Translations under genes and position numbers: made by a program
Assembly: GCA_965649765.1 (NCBI GenBank)
Contig: OZ287748.1
Span: forward strand, 34,596,001 to 34,660,000
Direction: 5' to 3'
DNA length: 64,000 bases
Source of the DNA: Bispira polyomma
Lineage: Eukaryota
The notes under the pieces: generated by a model
What the model saw: only the letters and a program-made list of their open reading frames with translations
The model's database searches: none
What the model was told of the DNA's origin: nothing
Part shown: one piece after another, positions 38,670 to 51,986 of the stretch
How positions within the stretch are numbered: position 1 is the first letter of the stretch
How the letters are laid out: each line of letters begins with the position of its first letter

Positions 38670-39292
38670 TTTATACTAGGGATGGTTAGCAAACAAACTG
38701 CATCATTTCTCTGCAGCGTCTTAGACCATTTAACCATTATGACTGCATACCCTGGCTTAAACAGAACATCCGCTCTAGCTAATTGCTTAAGAGGAGAGTA
38801 AGACCCCATTGAATGAGGACACAAATTGGATAAACGCAAGAAAGTAAAAAAAAAACTTATAATAAATAGCCTTAAAAATTTGGCCCATGTAAGTACTATC
38901 ACATTTACTAATGAGAGCCCTAAGCAAGTTTACATCAAAAATTGACTTCAATTTTGCTTGTAAAGGTCTATGCATGGCCAAGACTTTAGTGAAATAATAA
39001 ATTCTCTGATCAGAAAATACTTGAACATCTATATGACACATAACACATTTTGCCTTCACAGCCGAGATGTGATTTACTACCTTAGAGGCCGAAACACCAT
39101 TGAAATTTAGAAACTCTAAATATACTAGAATTTGCAACACAGTCACCTTGTGGGGAGACCAAGACATAAACGTTCCAAAAGCTAGGAACTGTCGGAACAT
39201 TCTGTCATATGCTTTATTAGTAGCAGAAGTGAGAGCTGAGTTCAGCCTATCACAAGCCCGTCTCATCAGAGCCAGACCCACAGGGTGAGTGC
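38670..39292 (-). pseudogene. Outer element YR, N-terminal part
   Basis: ORFs 38787-39281 and 38670-38902 (FLRLSNLCPHS, KWSKT), homologous to 33958-34944. Confidence 0.9.
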
Positions 39293-39317
39293 CTGGAAAA
39301 GAGAAAACTGTGACCTG

Positions 39318-41813
39318 CTATATAAGAGTATTCACATAGAGTAAATTTTCAGGGGCAGGAAGCCATTGAATTGGTCCAGCCAGTTGGTTCAATAATAGGT
39401 GGTTATTTTCTGTCTTGGCCCATCTGGAAAGTAAGTCAGCCACTTTGTTCTCTCTACCTACAATGTGGACTACAACAATTTCAATGTCAAACTTACTGGC
39501 TAACATGTATATGTTTCTGGTATAAGTGGCCAATATGGGGTCTCTAATACGGCCTGTCTGTAAGACACTGACTACTGCCTGATTGTCACATCTTACTAAA
39601 ATTCTCTGACCCTTCCATTTTTGGACCCATAACTTCATTGCTACCAAAATGTTCAACATTTCAAGAGAAGCTATATTATACTCTGTCATACTTGTAGGAA
39701 CTTTAATTTGGTATACTTGGTTTCCATAAATCCCCCCCATGCCTGTGAGGCAGGCATCCAATTGTATCTCGCCTGATATGGGTTCATGTAAGAAAAAGGA
39801 AACACCATTGAACTGCTCTGCAAAAGTTCTAAACCAATTTAAGTCACGTCTGAATGCATCACTTATTACAATTTTACTTTTACTGTGATTATCTCGTAGC
39901 AGTTCCAACATTCTATTCAAGAAAACCCGAGCTTACTTAACACATTTAGAGATATATAGCAAAAGGCCCAGTAAAGACTAATTCTCTTTTGGTACAATAA
40001 TTTTATGAAGCCCAATCCCTGCACTTGCTCTGAATTTCTGCCATTTTTCCGGAAGGGATAGAAGTTGTGCATTTGACTGTGTCGATTATTATGCCCAAGC
40101 ATACTACCTCAGTGCTGGGTGGAACCAATTTTTTTCTGACTAACTGTGAGACCTAGTTCAGCAAGTAATTCTTGCAGTCTTATAAATGTTTTCTGAATTT
40201 TGCTGGGAAGTGATACACATAAAAAATCGTTGATATAATTGTGGACGTTATGATTTTCGGAGTGCATTATGAAACGCACTGCATCCGAAATTCGTTGAAA
40301 AATAGTGCTGCCATTCAAATAACCGAATGGCAGCGATTTATCGACATAGTAAGATTTCCACTTCAGCCCTAAGAGGTCAATGTCGCCAGGGTCAATGGGG
40401 ACGAAACGCCCTACTCACGTCTATTTTAAATATCTGACACCCCTTACCCAATTTAGACACTTCAGTGGTGAGATGATCAATGGAAGGGTAAGACAGTAAA
40501 AAATCGACACCCAGATACGAAGTCGACAAAGCCCCTGCATTTACGGAAGCCCCTTGAGGCCAACTCAAATCCACAATCACAAGTCGGTTGATCGAGTTGG
40601 GTTTATGTTGGGTCATTAAGCGGGCGCAATGCAAATTCTGAATTGGTGGAGTGTCGAAAGGACCAAGCATTGCCCCAAAGCCACATTCTTCCTTCATATA
40701 GGCGTCTACATGTTGAGGAAATTCCTCTGCTGACTTATGGTTATTGTCATTCGACTCAGTGTGAATTTTTCGACACACATCAAGAGGGAATCTGTATTTT
40801 ATAAGGAGAGGCAGTTGCCAATCCCAGTATGTTTGTAAATACTTTTCCCACGTTTCAGCTTTTAATTGAGAATGGACAGGAATCTGGAGGCCAGTATAAT
40901 TATGCCTGCCATCAAGACGTATTTTCTTGTGCATTTCTAACATGGATAGTTCGTGCCCTCCCCCACCATGGTCGGCAATCTCACCGCCCAAAGCCGAGAG
41001 AGGAATAAATCCATAAGCATGACTACTCTGGTCCTGCCATTTTTTGTGTGTTGGATTCGAGGCCGCCTTCTGCAGCAACTCCCTTTTATTTTTCTTGTGC
41101 TTTAAAGCACACGAATACTTATCAGAGATTTCAACATTTTCATTCACACGTTCTGCGCAAGTACTTGTCTCTTGGTGCTTTGCAAAGCCCCCATTGTTAC
41201 CCGGCGTGTTACTAGAGCGAACGGCCCTCACAATGACTGCATTGTCCTCCACAGGTATCTGTGCCAACGCGGAAAAACGATTGCTAAGCTGAAGGCCACA
41301 GTTAGCTTCATTGACGCGGCTCTTTTCGCCCCCCCTCTGAATTGATTTTCTAACATCTTTTGTCTCCACGCCCTGTTGCTTTGTGCATGGGGGTCGTTTC
41401 ACAATAGGTGTCACTTTGTTAACCACTTGAATGGAGGTGCCAATTACAGGTGTTAACTTTTCAAACCTTTGAATAGATGTGGCAGCAGAGGTGTTAACAT
41501 TATTCTTGAGTTCATCTCTGCCAACCTTTTGTGGTTGGCAAAATCTGCCCTTTGTCACCTTTCCAGAGCTGAACCTGTCAACCCCACCCTTATGGCTCCG
41601 ACTTTCTGTATGTTCAGTACTATATACAAACATTGATTTCCTGGTACTAGCAGTACTTTTTAAAGCATCACTATAACTAACATCAGGCCTTTTGACCTTC
41701 ATATAGCTACACATTTTCTGATACACATTTTTTCCCAACAAATGAAAATCTTTAAAACCTGTGCTGTAGACAGTTCTATTTACAACCTTAAAATTTTTCA
41801 CCTTTTTAACCAC
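39318..41813 (-). pseudogene. pol (RT + RNase H) of copy 3, frameshifted
   Basis: IDVSRAFR, YIND (mutated YIDD), QLDACLTGMG, RCDNQ, NKVADLLSR. Confidence 0.92.
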
Positions 41814-41843
41814 TGCATCAGAGCAGTGGCCCCTCAGTTTTTT
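41810..41843 (-). promoter_or_regulatory. Putative -1 ribosomal frameshift signal, copy 3
   Basis: A_AAA_AAC, 7-nt spacer, stem CCACTGC-tctgat-GCAGTGG; the -1 frame is continuous with the 473-aa pol ORF. Confidence 0.8.
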
Positions 41844-42879
41844 GCCTCTTTTTTGTTACATATACTGGTCTTATGACTACCCCCACAAGTCTCACAACCA
41901 TGCCTATACATCTGCCACCCTGTGTTGTGTGAACTAGAGAACTTGCAAGTCCCTTCCTGGAAGAACCTGCAAGGTGTCGACTTTTTCAGACTAGTTTTAC
42001 TGCTGCCAATGCTAACAGCACAGCCATTCGCCCCATGCATAGATCTCGACACACCTACATGACGTTGGGCGTGTGCCCTGCGAATCCGGTCGACCTTCTC
42101 GACATCCAACCACCCGAGCTTGTCCATTTCCATATTGGTCAGGACTACCGCGTGGCAGACCTTCGCCGCCTCCACGAAAAGTCTTGGGCGTCCTCCATGA
42201 GGCCACTCATATAATCTAGCATAGCGTTCTTAATTTCAGTTGACTTCTCCTCCTGAGCGATCCGGGTGAAGCCACAAACCCATTGTACAAGGGTTAGGTC
42301 ATTATAACTAGGGCGAGTCTTCGAGCTGCCCGTCAGCACATAATTCTGGGGCCATTCGACCGCCTTCTTTACAATAACCTCGTTTCTCCCAGTTCTCTGA
42401 GACTTAATTTTACCTGAGGGGTTTTCATTAAGAGACCGAAGTTCCTTTAACCTCTGTTCGACTTGCAACTGAATGTGAGCGTTCTGATTCAAGAATTCGA
42501 TACTCGGAACGACAGTATCTGGGCCAGTAGGTGGGCCTTTACCTTCGTCAGCAGAGACTAGCTCTTTAGAAACACTAGGAGTAATGCTAGAAGGAACGGT
42601 ACTTGCCTTACTACTGGTGAGGTTGGCTGCTAACGCTGCCTCTGTCTGCTGGACTCGTTGATCCATCCTCTCGACCACCTGACTAAGTGATTGTAACTGC
42701 TGTAGTATAGCACTAGATACGGCCTCGTTCGGATGAACCAGCGAGTCCTCATGAGAGCCAGCGTCAACCCCCACTCCCTCACCTGAGATATCAAGCATAT
42801 TAACCGAACATTTTCTTCCAACCGGTCTCTCATGCTTTTGCAAACATTTAGGACAAAACACAGTCTTTTTACCTGGCAT
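41834..42879 (-). pseudogene. gag-like ORF1 of copy 3 (one frameshift)
   Basis: CPKCLQKHERPVGRKC, KSQR, WPQN, C-terminal CRFFQEGTC..H..HGCETCGGSH. Confidence 0.88.
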
Positions 42880-42965
42880 GACTTGAGTGTATATTGAATT
42901 AAAATACTAAAACCACATAACAGTATAAAACATAAACCATAAAACACTCTCTTTGTCACCCAAAC

Positions 42966-43120
42966 GGTATTTGAATTTTCCTAGTGCTCTGCTGACAAAC
43001 GGTAAAAGGCGGGAGAATTTGAAAGGGGGATGGCTTATATACCCGCCCATCCATCCCATAGTAGTGAACAGCCTGGTACCCCAGAACTGAGGCCGCCAAC
43101 GCTGGGGGCATTAGCTTTCA
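42966..43120 (-). repeat. Split direct repeat A1 with candidate TATA box (TATATAA, 43041-43035)
   Basis: Matches 32250-32404; TATATAAG also at the same place in copy 4 (about 38582-38589). Confidence 0.9.
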
Positions 43121-43530
43121 AAATGGCTCATGCTCGGATGCCCAGATTTTAACAGATCCGTGCTAAAGAGCAAATAGAGGACCACTCAATCAACCTTCCC
43201 CCTTAAACTATTAGGCCTGTCAGAGCCCCTGTCCCCTACTTCATCCTGGGAGATGACACGTTTGCCTTTAAGACATGGTTGATGAAACACTACTCCCTAC
43301 AGGGGATGGATATGAATGAAAGGTTTTACAATTATAGGATCTCCAGAGGTCGAAGGGTGGTTGAAAATGTATTTTGGATTTTACTTCAGAGATTCTGGGT
43401 GCTTCTGTCAACGATGCAGCAGGAACCACCAGTGGTGACCACCATAGATTTAGCATGTGTGGTCCTGCAAAATGTGATGAGGACTGCAGCTATCAACATA
43501 GCTAATCCATGTAATCCAGAAGATGTCCCA
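43121..43530 (+). pseudogene. PIF/Harbinger transposase, 3' half
   Basis: NGSCSDAQI, YFILGDDTF, WLMKHY, FYNYRISRGRRVVENVF (second D and E of the DDE triad). Confidence 0.92.
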
Positions 43531-43539
43531 CCTGTCGCT

Positions 43540-43795
43540 TTTGAATTTGAATTTGGATATTTGACGTCCACTCTAGTACCTTTTAGTAGGTTATATTGGG
43601 ACGAGTAGTTGGAAACGCTGGAGGAAACACTGTACACAGTTGGTCAAGGTTCTGCACTGAAACCAGCGGCCCACAGTAAGGAACTACCACCTTTCCCACA
43701 TAAGCATCGACAGGATTTGAACTCACGCCGCCCAGCGGTGAGAGACCAGTGATTGTGAAGTGCAATGCTTGCTAACCATTGGGCCACTGCGGCCT
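43540..43795 (-). mobile_element. tRNA-derived SINE, second copy
   Basis: Reverse complement of 4464-4717; TSD CCACCTGTCGC / CCACCTGTTGC. Confidence 0.88.
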
Positions 43796-44615
43796 GCCAC
43801 CTGTTGCACTGATAGCAGAACGTGTTGGCACAACCAACTCACCCAACTGTTGAAATCCCCGCAGGGAAGCAAAAGAACAGAGGGAGCTACTCATGCAATA
43901 TTTCACCAATTAGGGGACAGTGCCTTGGCAAAACGACCGAGTTTGAGTCTACACCTGAGCCTGAGCCAAAAACAAACCTAAAAGGCCATTTTCAGGGTCA
44001 CCCAAAACATCCAAAAACAACTTTTGAGCTGTTGTTGAAAAAAATACATAAAAAAACCTCACAAAAAGAAGCATACTGCCCCCACAAAAAATTATCACAA
44101 ATACAGACATACAAACAAATAGTTTAGATTCTGCACTCTCCCGACAGACACATAATTTTCAAATTGAACCCTACAGTGCATGAGAAAAAAAAACACCTCT
44201 ATTTAAACAAGCCCCCACTTTAATTTATTTAAAATTAAAAGCTTACTGGGTTCCCCATTTAAAGTGTTTGACTCAAAAGTTCTACTTAGGGGGTTTGAAT
44301 AAAAAAGGGTGATTGACTCAATAGAGTTCGTCTTAGGGGGGTTTCAATATAAAGGGAGCTTGACTCAACAGAGCTCTACGTAGGGGGTTGCCACATATTT
44401 AGAAAAGAGGGGCAGTGAATTTTTTCACATTTTTACTTTTGGGTGGTTTTTAGTAATGCATTTTTTTTTTCAAATTATTTGTTTGGGCACCTAGTATTTT
44501 CCTTCTGCATGCATATTGGGTAAATTTTTACTTGGGGGATTTATAAGTCTAAAAGTTAACTATTTATTTCTTATTGATGTGTGTGTAGGGAGTCTTTTTT
44601 ATTTGTGTATGTGTG

Positions 44616-45980
44616 TTATTGTGTGGGGGCAGTATGCTTCTTGTCATGAGGGATTTTAGTGTTGGTCCCGACTGGGACTGATGAAGGAGGAGGAGCAGGA
44701 GGAGGAGAGGCTGGCATCTTCACATTGGTGGTCATAGTGCTCGTGCTGGCTCGTGCCTGAGTACTTGGGACGTCTTTGGTTGGAGTGTTGAGGGTGGAAT
44801 CCATTTGCTGGTGATCTGGATTAAGAGGTGAGAACTGATCAGGAGTGTCTATGTTCTGGCAGCTGAGATAGTCACTCCCTCAAGACCTCTGGTGAGAAAT
44901 GAGGCTGTCGAGGCATTCAGTAGGGGCTGATACTCCTTCCACTGACAGTGGGTTGGTGTACTGGTGGCTGGTGTGGCACCTGGACTGATGACTGCGGCCT
45001 GACAGGTGAGGGTTGAATAGGTCATACCAGTCTTTGCTGGGGTTGTTAATACTGCTATTGCTATTGCTGTTAAAGTACAAAGGTGTGTTGGTTCATCTGG
45101 TATTGCATCTGGGGTTGTGCCTGGTACGGCTGATGCTGGTGAAACTGTGACACTGCTTGTGCTCTGGCCACCTGGTCCTCGATAGAGTTCACAAGGTTGA
45201 ATGCCTTCCTTCTAAAATGGTTAAAATGTTTATGTGGGAATTTCCTGACCTCCAATGTTAACCAGTTAAAAAATGCCCCCTGGGTCCCTTAGACTTGGGC
45301 TTGATGGCCTCCTGGAAGAAGCCAGAGATGGTGTTCTGCAGCGTACCCAACCTATCCCTGATAGTAGACAGTGCCGCTTCGTGGTTCAGAGTTGATCTGT
45401 CACAGATTGAAGACTGTTTTGAGGTACTCACAGGAGATGATATCAGCAAGGAAAACTTCATCTCTGTTTCAGTGCCCTGGTCTGTGTCTGAATGGGACCC
45501 CCACCCTGGGAGTTGGTGATTCTCCTGGAGCCACTGACAAAGAGGTGGATGCGACGGGTCTGAAGGCAGCTGTTCTCGAGACATGTTGTATGATGTGAGG
45601 TTTCGAAAAGTCAAACTAGGTGTTTCTGACCCAATGCTGCCTCTCTGTCAACTCAGGTGGTGCCTGGCCGGACTTCTTGATGCTCAGGTTTCCATAGATA
45701 GTCCTCTGTGGTTGAAATGATGTCTTCACTTCTTCCATGTCAAATCCCTCGCCCGAGCAGAACTTCAGCCACAACATGTTTTTAGCCTGGTTGTCTTTGT
45801 ATCTTTGATCTCTCTTTGACCGTACGCATCGTCCCCATCTTATGTTTCCTTAATATGGAAGCCACCTCTTCATTCCCAGCTGTGTCAGTCTCATCCTCCA
45901 CATAAGGGTCCTGGGTTGCCTCCTTCCCTGAGTTATCTTTTCGATCGGCTGGCACCAACAACTTATCGTTTGTATGGCTC
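44616..45980 (-). pseudogene. Harbinger ORF2 (MADF/Myb-like DNA-binding protein), decayed
   Basis: Minus-strand translation near 45660-45820: KRDQRYKDNQAKNMLWLKF..VKTSFQPQRTIYGNLSIKKSGQA, followed by Q/S/P-rich sequence; convergent with the transposase. Confidence 0.7.
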
Positions 45981-48900
45981 GACCTAAATTTTCGATCAGG
46001 ACTTCTCTAATAACTTATCTTTTGTTTCCCTTTATAGATTGTAAGCAACAGCTTGGTTTTCCTGTATGACAAGCCAGGTTTTCTGGGGAAGAGATCTTAG
46101 TATATACAGCATGGCCAAGTTCCACTGTGAATTACTATACACTTAAACTTATTCTAGCTGTGTCTGAGATCTGAGTGTTCATCAGCTTTCTGTAATAACT
46201 ACTTCTGTATGCTGTTAGAGAATGGGTTCTACCTCTAACTGTATTTATGAGGGCTCCCAGGCACCAAGTCATTTGTGTCAGTATTAGCTGATCTATTTCT
46301 GGGGAAATCTCAGATTGCTGCTGGTCGTTAGGGAATGAAACTGCTGCCATAAATAATCTACTAGCCACTTGAAACCTACACATCCTAAAGGCCAGAGGTT
46401 AGACCACTGTCAGGCATAAACCACAGTATAATATAAATTTTCAGTCCAAGAAAAATGGTCATGAGTTTCTGTATGTTTACAAATCACTGGTGTATGGTTG
46501 TGATTGCCATCTTGCTTTAGTTTCTATAATTATATCCATCGTATTTTCCCAAGTGCAGTGATAAGTTTATACACGAACAAAATCACTAAATTGACCAAAT
46601 CACTTTTTCTGTATTTATATAACTATCTTATACAAAACATATTAACAGCTAAAAATGTCATCCATTTAATGCGATGTCCTATTTCCCCTAATACCTTTGA
46701 TAAATGTTCCTTTTGCTATATGGTAGCTTATGCTTCAGTGTTAGCCTTTTATTTAATGCATTTTTGTTTCAAACTCTATAATAATGGAGTATGGTGTATG
46801 GGTGTATTGTCTTGTTTGCTCAATTAGTAACATATAGGTACTTCTTAAACTCCAGCTGTTCGAAAATTAAAGTTTTACATTTATATTTTAATAGTCTATA
46901 GTCTTACTAAAGCCTAAAATCTCACTAAGCCTATAGTAATCAATATCAAGAAACTAATGTACCCACACTCAAATTTTTATTACAGCTATGGGGTGTCAAT
47001 TAAAGACTCTGAGATGGAAATAACGGGGGAGTATTTTGATTGTCTGTGGTAGACACGCTGTGAGAAGTAATGAAACTAAAAAATACCTTCAGTTCCCCGG
47101 GCTCCAAATGTCAAGAGTGTTTTTAAAGATATCTGATATTTTCTTGTAATAAAGGAAAAAGATTGCGGTATTATTTTTTTATTGCGATAAATACACATTA
47201 CCTTATCCTCACTAATGCTTTTAATCTAGTATACCTAAATATTCGACCATAAAAATCACTTGAGTCTATTCTTGTGATTTTACTTAAATTATTTTCACCA
47301 ACGTCACTGCGCATGCGCCGGAAGTCCCTTCAACTCTCGTCCTAGAGATCCTCTTCACAATTAATATGGTCGCCATTGTGTCAACACCTAGTTCGATCTA
47401 CTGCTTAGGAATTTTTGAAGAGAAGATAACTTATTTCATAAGTCAGCAAGTATTAAGACTGAGGAAGTTTGGTTTCTGCAGTTAAATGCACCTGATGCAG
47501 CGTTTTGGGGGTTTAGCAGGCCTTACATATCGTTTGCAATCTTTTGCGTCCATTGCCGTTTTTGACGAGTTTTTAAACAGCACAGAGCCATTTTGAAAAA
47601 AATTCTGTGTCTGCGTCTGTGTGCTTGTTAAGAGCCTCCACAACGTTTAGCAGTTTGTAGCAGTGTCCCAACAGTGAATTATGAGGCGAGACAAGGTGCG
47701 GGTGGATCGACCTTTAACAGAGGTAGTACCTGCCCAAAATCCTCAGCCCTATATAGCACCAAATATGGACTCAGCCCTGCAGGCGATTATGGCTTAATTC
47801 ACCACCATTTCGGATCGACTTTCTAAAGTCGAGTCGGGAAATGTGTTGGGTGCTACCACTACTGTGCAGAGTGAGGATGGTGAAGTTTGTCTTCAGATTT
47901 TTGCTTTAGTTTCTTGTGAATCGTACAAGCTCTTAACTAGTCTTACAGTCTATGATCCAGCCATCCCATGCCTGCTTATTGTAATGTCTGATTATTTTTC
48001 AACGATACAGAAATTTTTGTTAAAATTATCAACAGTAATTTCTGTCAGAATTTAGTGGAGGCTGACCTAGGAAGAAGAGGGTAAATCGTTAGCACACCTC
48101 ATCCAAGCTGTGTGCTTGTTAAAAGCCTCCACAGCTTTTGGGTGATATATTAATTGCTTATTGATTAGTGTGAAAGCTAGAAGCTCTTAGTATGTCCTAC
48201 AGATTATGATCTTAGAGCTACCTGAAGATGACTGATGTATTAATTGCTTATTGTTCGTTGTGAACACTGGAAGCTCTTAGTATGTCCTACAGCTGATTGA
48301 TCCCTGAGTTTCCTCCCTGTCAGCTTTGTCACTAGCTCTGCTACAAGGATGGAATGGGACCTGAGCAGAAAACGGTGAATCGTCAGCACACAAGATTAGT
48401 ATAGGGGTTTCCCTGACTAGGAATTCTTGGCATTTGTCCACAATTTTTGTGTCTTGAAGCTACCAAAGAGTGTCCACATCAACCTCTCCAAATGTTGGGG
48501 GATGAATTAGAATATCTACCAGTTCCTGTGCTATTATCCCCTGTTGATAAAGCTTTGACCAGAGACAGGAGATCTATGATATTTTTACAACCGACTATTT
48601 CTAATCCTGATAGTCAGTATCCAAAGATTAGTCTTATATGGAGAGAAGACAGAGTAACCAGGAAATTGCAGTGTCTTCTCAACAGTAGTCTTTACAGTCA
48701 TCAAGATTGGGCAGAACACTGTCAAATCGCTGAAATGGCCATGTTTTTGACAGAAAACAGTTTTTATACAGTATCCTGGCTTCCCACAGTCTTCTCAACA
48801 GAGATTTCTATCTAGACAGTCACGAAAAAGCAATGGCTTCTACAAGCTCTAAACTTGCTGAAAAGGGCCAGTTTTTTACAGTAAAACATATTAATTGCAG

Positions 48901-51900
48901 TATTCTGGCAGATCACAGTCTTCTTCACACCTATATCTATCAAAGACGGTTACGAGAAAGCAAATAACATTTTAGTTGTGTCCTTTTCAATTTCCGGGTG
49001 TGCTATTCCCGAATTTGGGCTAACTGCAAAATGGACTGTTTCAGGTTACCAGTCTCAGCGTTGCTATGGTTTCTTCTTTGTAGTAAACAAATCAGAGTTC
49101 ACGTAGCACTTTCTCGATGTGTAAGAGATGAAAATGGATATATTTGACAAATATTGTGTATGCAGGCGATGCTGTGAGATCTGGGGAGAGTTCTCACTGT
49201 GATGACGGATTAGAAATGAAGAAGGTTTACGACTACTGATAGCAGAATCCCTGTATATAAGATGGGGTAAGTCCTGGTTTTTCTACGTCTTCCGAGTTTG
49301 GATACTAAAAGAGATGTTGGGAGGACGATCCTGTTACCGACTACAGTAGCTTGTCAAATTCAGCACGACGAGATATCTGAATTTGACAGTGTTTCTAGCC
49401 GAAATAGATATATTTGGGTGGCGTTAGATGTCTAGTACTCTCATTTTCTGCTCTCGAGTTCAAAGATTCGTCTGATTCAACGGATTTGTTTTGAAGAATC
49501 ACCAGTACATGAGTGATAATAGGTGGTGCTAAGGCCGACCTTTATAGCCTTATTTTGTCCATTTTGCAGACATTTGGGAGCTCTATGAGGTGGAATCAGT
49601 TCTCTCACAAATTTATTTGAATACTAACATAACCGGATTATTATCCATACTTAGGTACATGGGTGGCTTAAGGGCCTACTTTCATATCCTAATGAATTTG
49701 GAGTTGCAGAGATTCATTTCATCTTCATTTTTAATCGTTGAATTTTTGGGAAGAGTTCTACATCATATATCGCAACTCGCAGATTTAGACTTGTCAATTC
49801 ATATTCAGAGGTATTTCAAAAGATACAGGAACTGAATTACTCAGAAGATTGTAATCTACAGGCTACATGGGTGGTGCTTGGCGCTGATTTTCATGTGTTT
49901 ATTTTTGTGATTCATCCGTGAATGTGAAGTCTCCCACAATTATATCATATTTTTTATGTCCATGGACTGGCTGTTGCTTATATAAGGTCAGAAATTGATG
50001 TCACATACTGAATCGAATTTCTAGACTGTCATTTCCTTTTGAAGCAGGATCTTTTGTGACTGTATAGTATATAAGCAGACTGTAGTTCAGATCACAATAA
50101 AAAAATTTATGTCCTTAATACGGGGTCATGTTTAGTTCAATAAATGCAGTATTTTTGGAAGTTTACCTATGGGAATCCAAAATGAAATCAAGCAAAACAA
50201 TTTCAGAATATCTCTAGGAGATGCATGTTGATTTAAATTGAATGTCGATAATCATACAAATCTATGCTCTTAACATAGAGGCATTAAGCTGTTTCTGGAT
50301 CATTATGCTTTTGTTATAGTGTCAGTTGATATAGTGTCTTAGTCATAAGATGGTGAGGCAAAGAATTTATGACCATTGCTGAGTATGCAAGGTAGACCCA
50401 GTGGGGGTACTGAGATCAGTGCTCGCCTTAAATATTCTTGTTAAGTCTATTCTGGTTGGAATGACCTTAATTGCTGATTGGATAGCAGTTGGCCTAATTC
50501 TCACCTTTTTTCCCGCTAAAACTCCAATAACCTCACTTTAAATTTAGAATTTGGAAGGGCACAACGCCATTTTAAATATCTTTCAATTCTAGTCAAGAAA
50601 ATTTTATTTTTTATTACTTGCTTTTATGTTACATTTTACACAGTTTTTGTACTTAACCGAGTGCTTACATATGTTCTAGACAAAGGATGGTTGCAGTGTG
50701 GAATATATAAACTGAACTTGCTGGCTCCTGTGGATGTGTTATTAGTCAATGCTTTGACATATGCGAATTTTGCTCTTTCTGGGCTACAGTTGAGGGCTGT
50801 TCTTATTGTTATTTGAAATTTATCATATTTATTTCTCGAAATCACAAACAACCTCCACCTTTAATTCGCATGTTACAAAGCACTGCTTGCTCTATATTTA
50901 CAGAATGGCACCTTGTGCAAATCATGATTGTCGTGCTTGCAAGACAAGTCACAAAAAACCCATAAACGATAACTGTCCGTTTATTAATCAGTCTGAAGAC
51001 AATGACACTAATGACACTTCTACTACACCTATTAATGCACGTATTTTAGAAGAACTAAAAGGGTTAAGTGGAAGAATGTCAGCCATGGAGAAACGGGTAG
51101 AGCAATCCGAAAATAGACAATTTGTTGCTAGCTCTACAGTAAGCCCTATAAATGTTGCCCCATGTGGAATTCCCGCACTAGCTGCAATTGCTCTACAGAC
51201 TGCTCCCACATTGATGCTGCCTACGGCCACCCAGACGGCTCCTACTGTACCTGTGACCACAGACGACACACTAGTTCCTTCCCTGGCTACTCTTAAGACA
51301 TCCGAGTACCTCCAGAATGCTGTAGATTCCAGACTGCAGGACTTAGCCAGCCTCAACGAAAAAGGTAATGTCAAATCTCAGAGAGGGGGCCAGAAACGGG
51401 GTGGGTAAAACCCCAGGTCCCCTGGCCACAGAACAATATTTTAGGAGGTACAACTAAGTCAAGAACCACATATGATAGTTTATCGATGGCTCAGTGGGTC
51501 GCAGGATTTTGCTCTATTGTTCGGGATGAAAATAACATTGAGACAAAAAATGCAATGTTAGATTATGTAAAAGACTTAATGGAGGACTGCAATGATTTCT
51601 CTTGGGTGGCTGCCAAAGGGAGTCATGCGGTACTTCTATGTCGTATGGAAGAGGGCAAAGTTACCTGGGAAGAAATGGCCAAAATAGACCGAATCAGAAG
51701 GGCGCATGCAAAAAGAGTGGTAAACAATACGGTTTCTTTCTCTCAATACAGTAGGACTAGACAGCAAAGTAATGAAAAGGGAATACCTTGCAGGTATTTT
51801 CAAAAGGGTTCGTGCCCACAAAGAACGGATCATGAAACAAAGGGTCAGATGTACTTACACATTTGCTCTACTTGTTTCACCATTGGGAAGTCTTATCCCC

Positions 51901-51952
51901 ATGCCTCTATGGATTGCCACAGAAATAAAGTGAAAAGTGACCAGAATGTCGC

Positions 51953-51986
51953 AAAAAACGAGTAAGGCACTGCAGTACAGCAGTGC
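51953..51986 (+). promoter_or_regulatory. Putative -1 ribosomal frameshift signal, copy 5
   Basis: A_AAA_AAC, 7-nt spacer, stem GCACTGC-agtaca-GCAGTGC. Confidence 0.78.

Larger units (their letters stand above)
30788..43120 (-). mobile_element. Ngaro-like YR retrotransposon copy 3, full split-direct-repeat structure (outer element)
   Basis: Element sense: A1 (43120-42966), gag, pol, YR, B1 (32926-32405), A2 (32404-32250), spacer, B2 (31309-30788). No TSD and no methyltransferase domain after RNase H. Confidence 0.95.

Noticed and set aside
46135-50000. Short ORFs of 60-120 aa as host genes
   Set aside because: No recognisable domains, many with non-ATG starts; expected by chance or within decayed DIRS sequence.
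50893-50907. 5' UTR intron acceptor just before the gag ATG (TTTACAG|AATG; AAACAG|AGATG in copy 1)
   Set aside because: Seen in only two related copies and no matching conserved donor found; not enough support.
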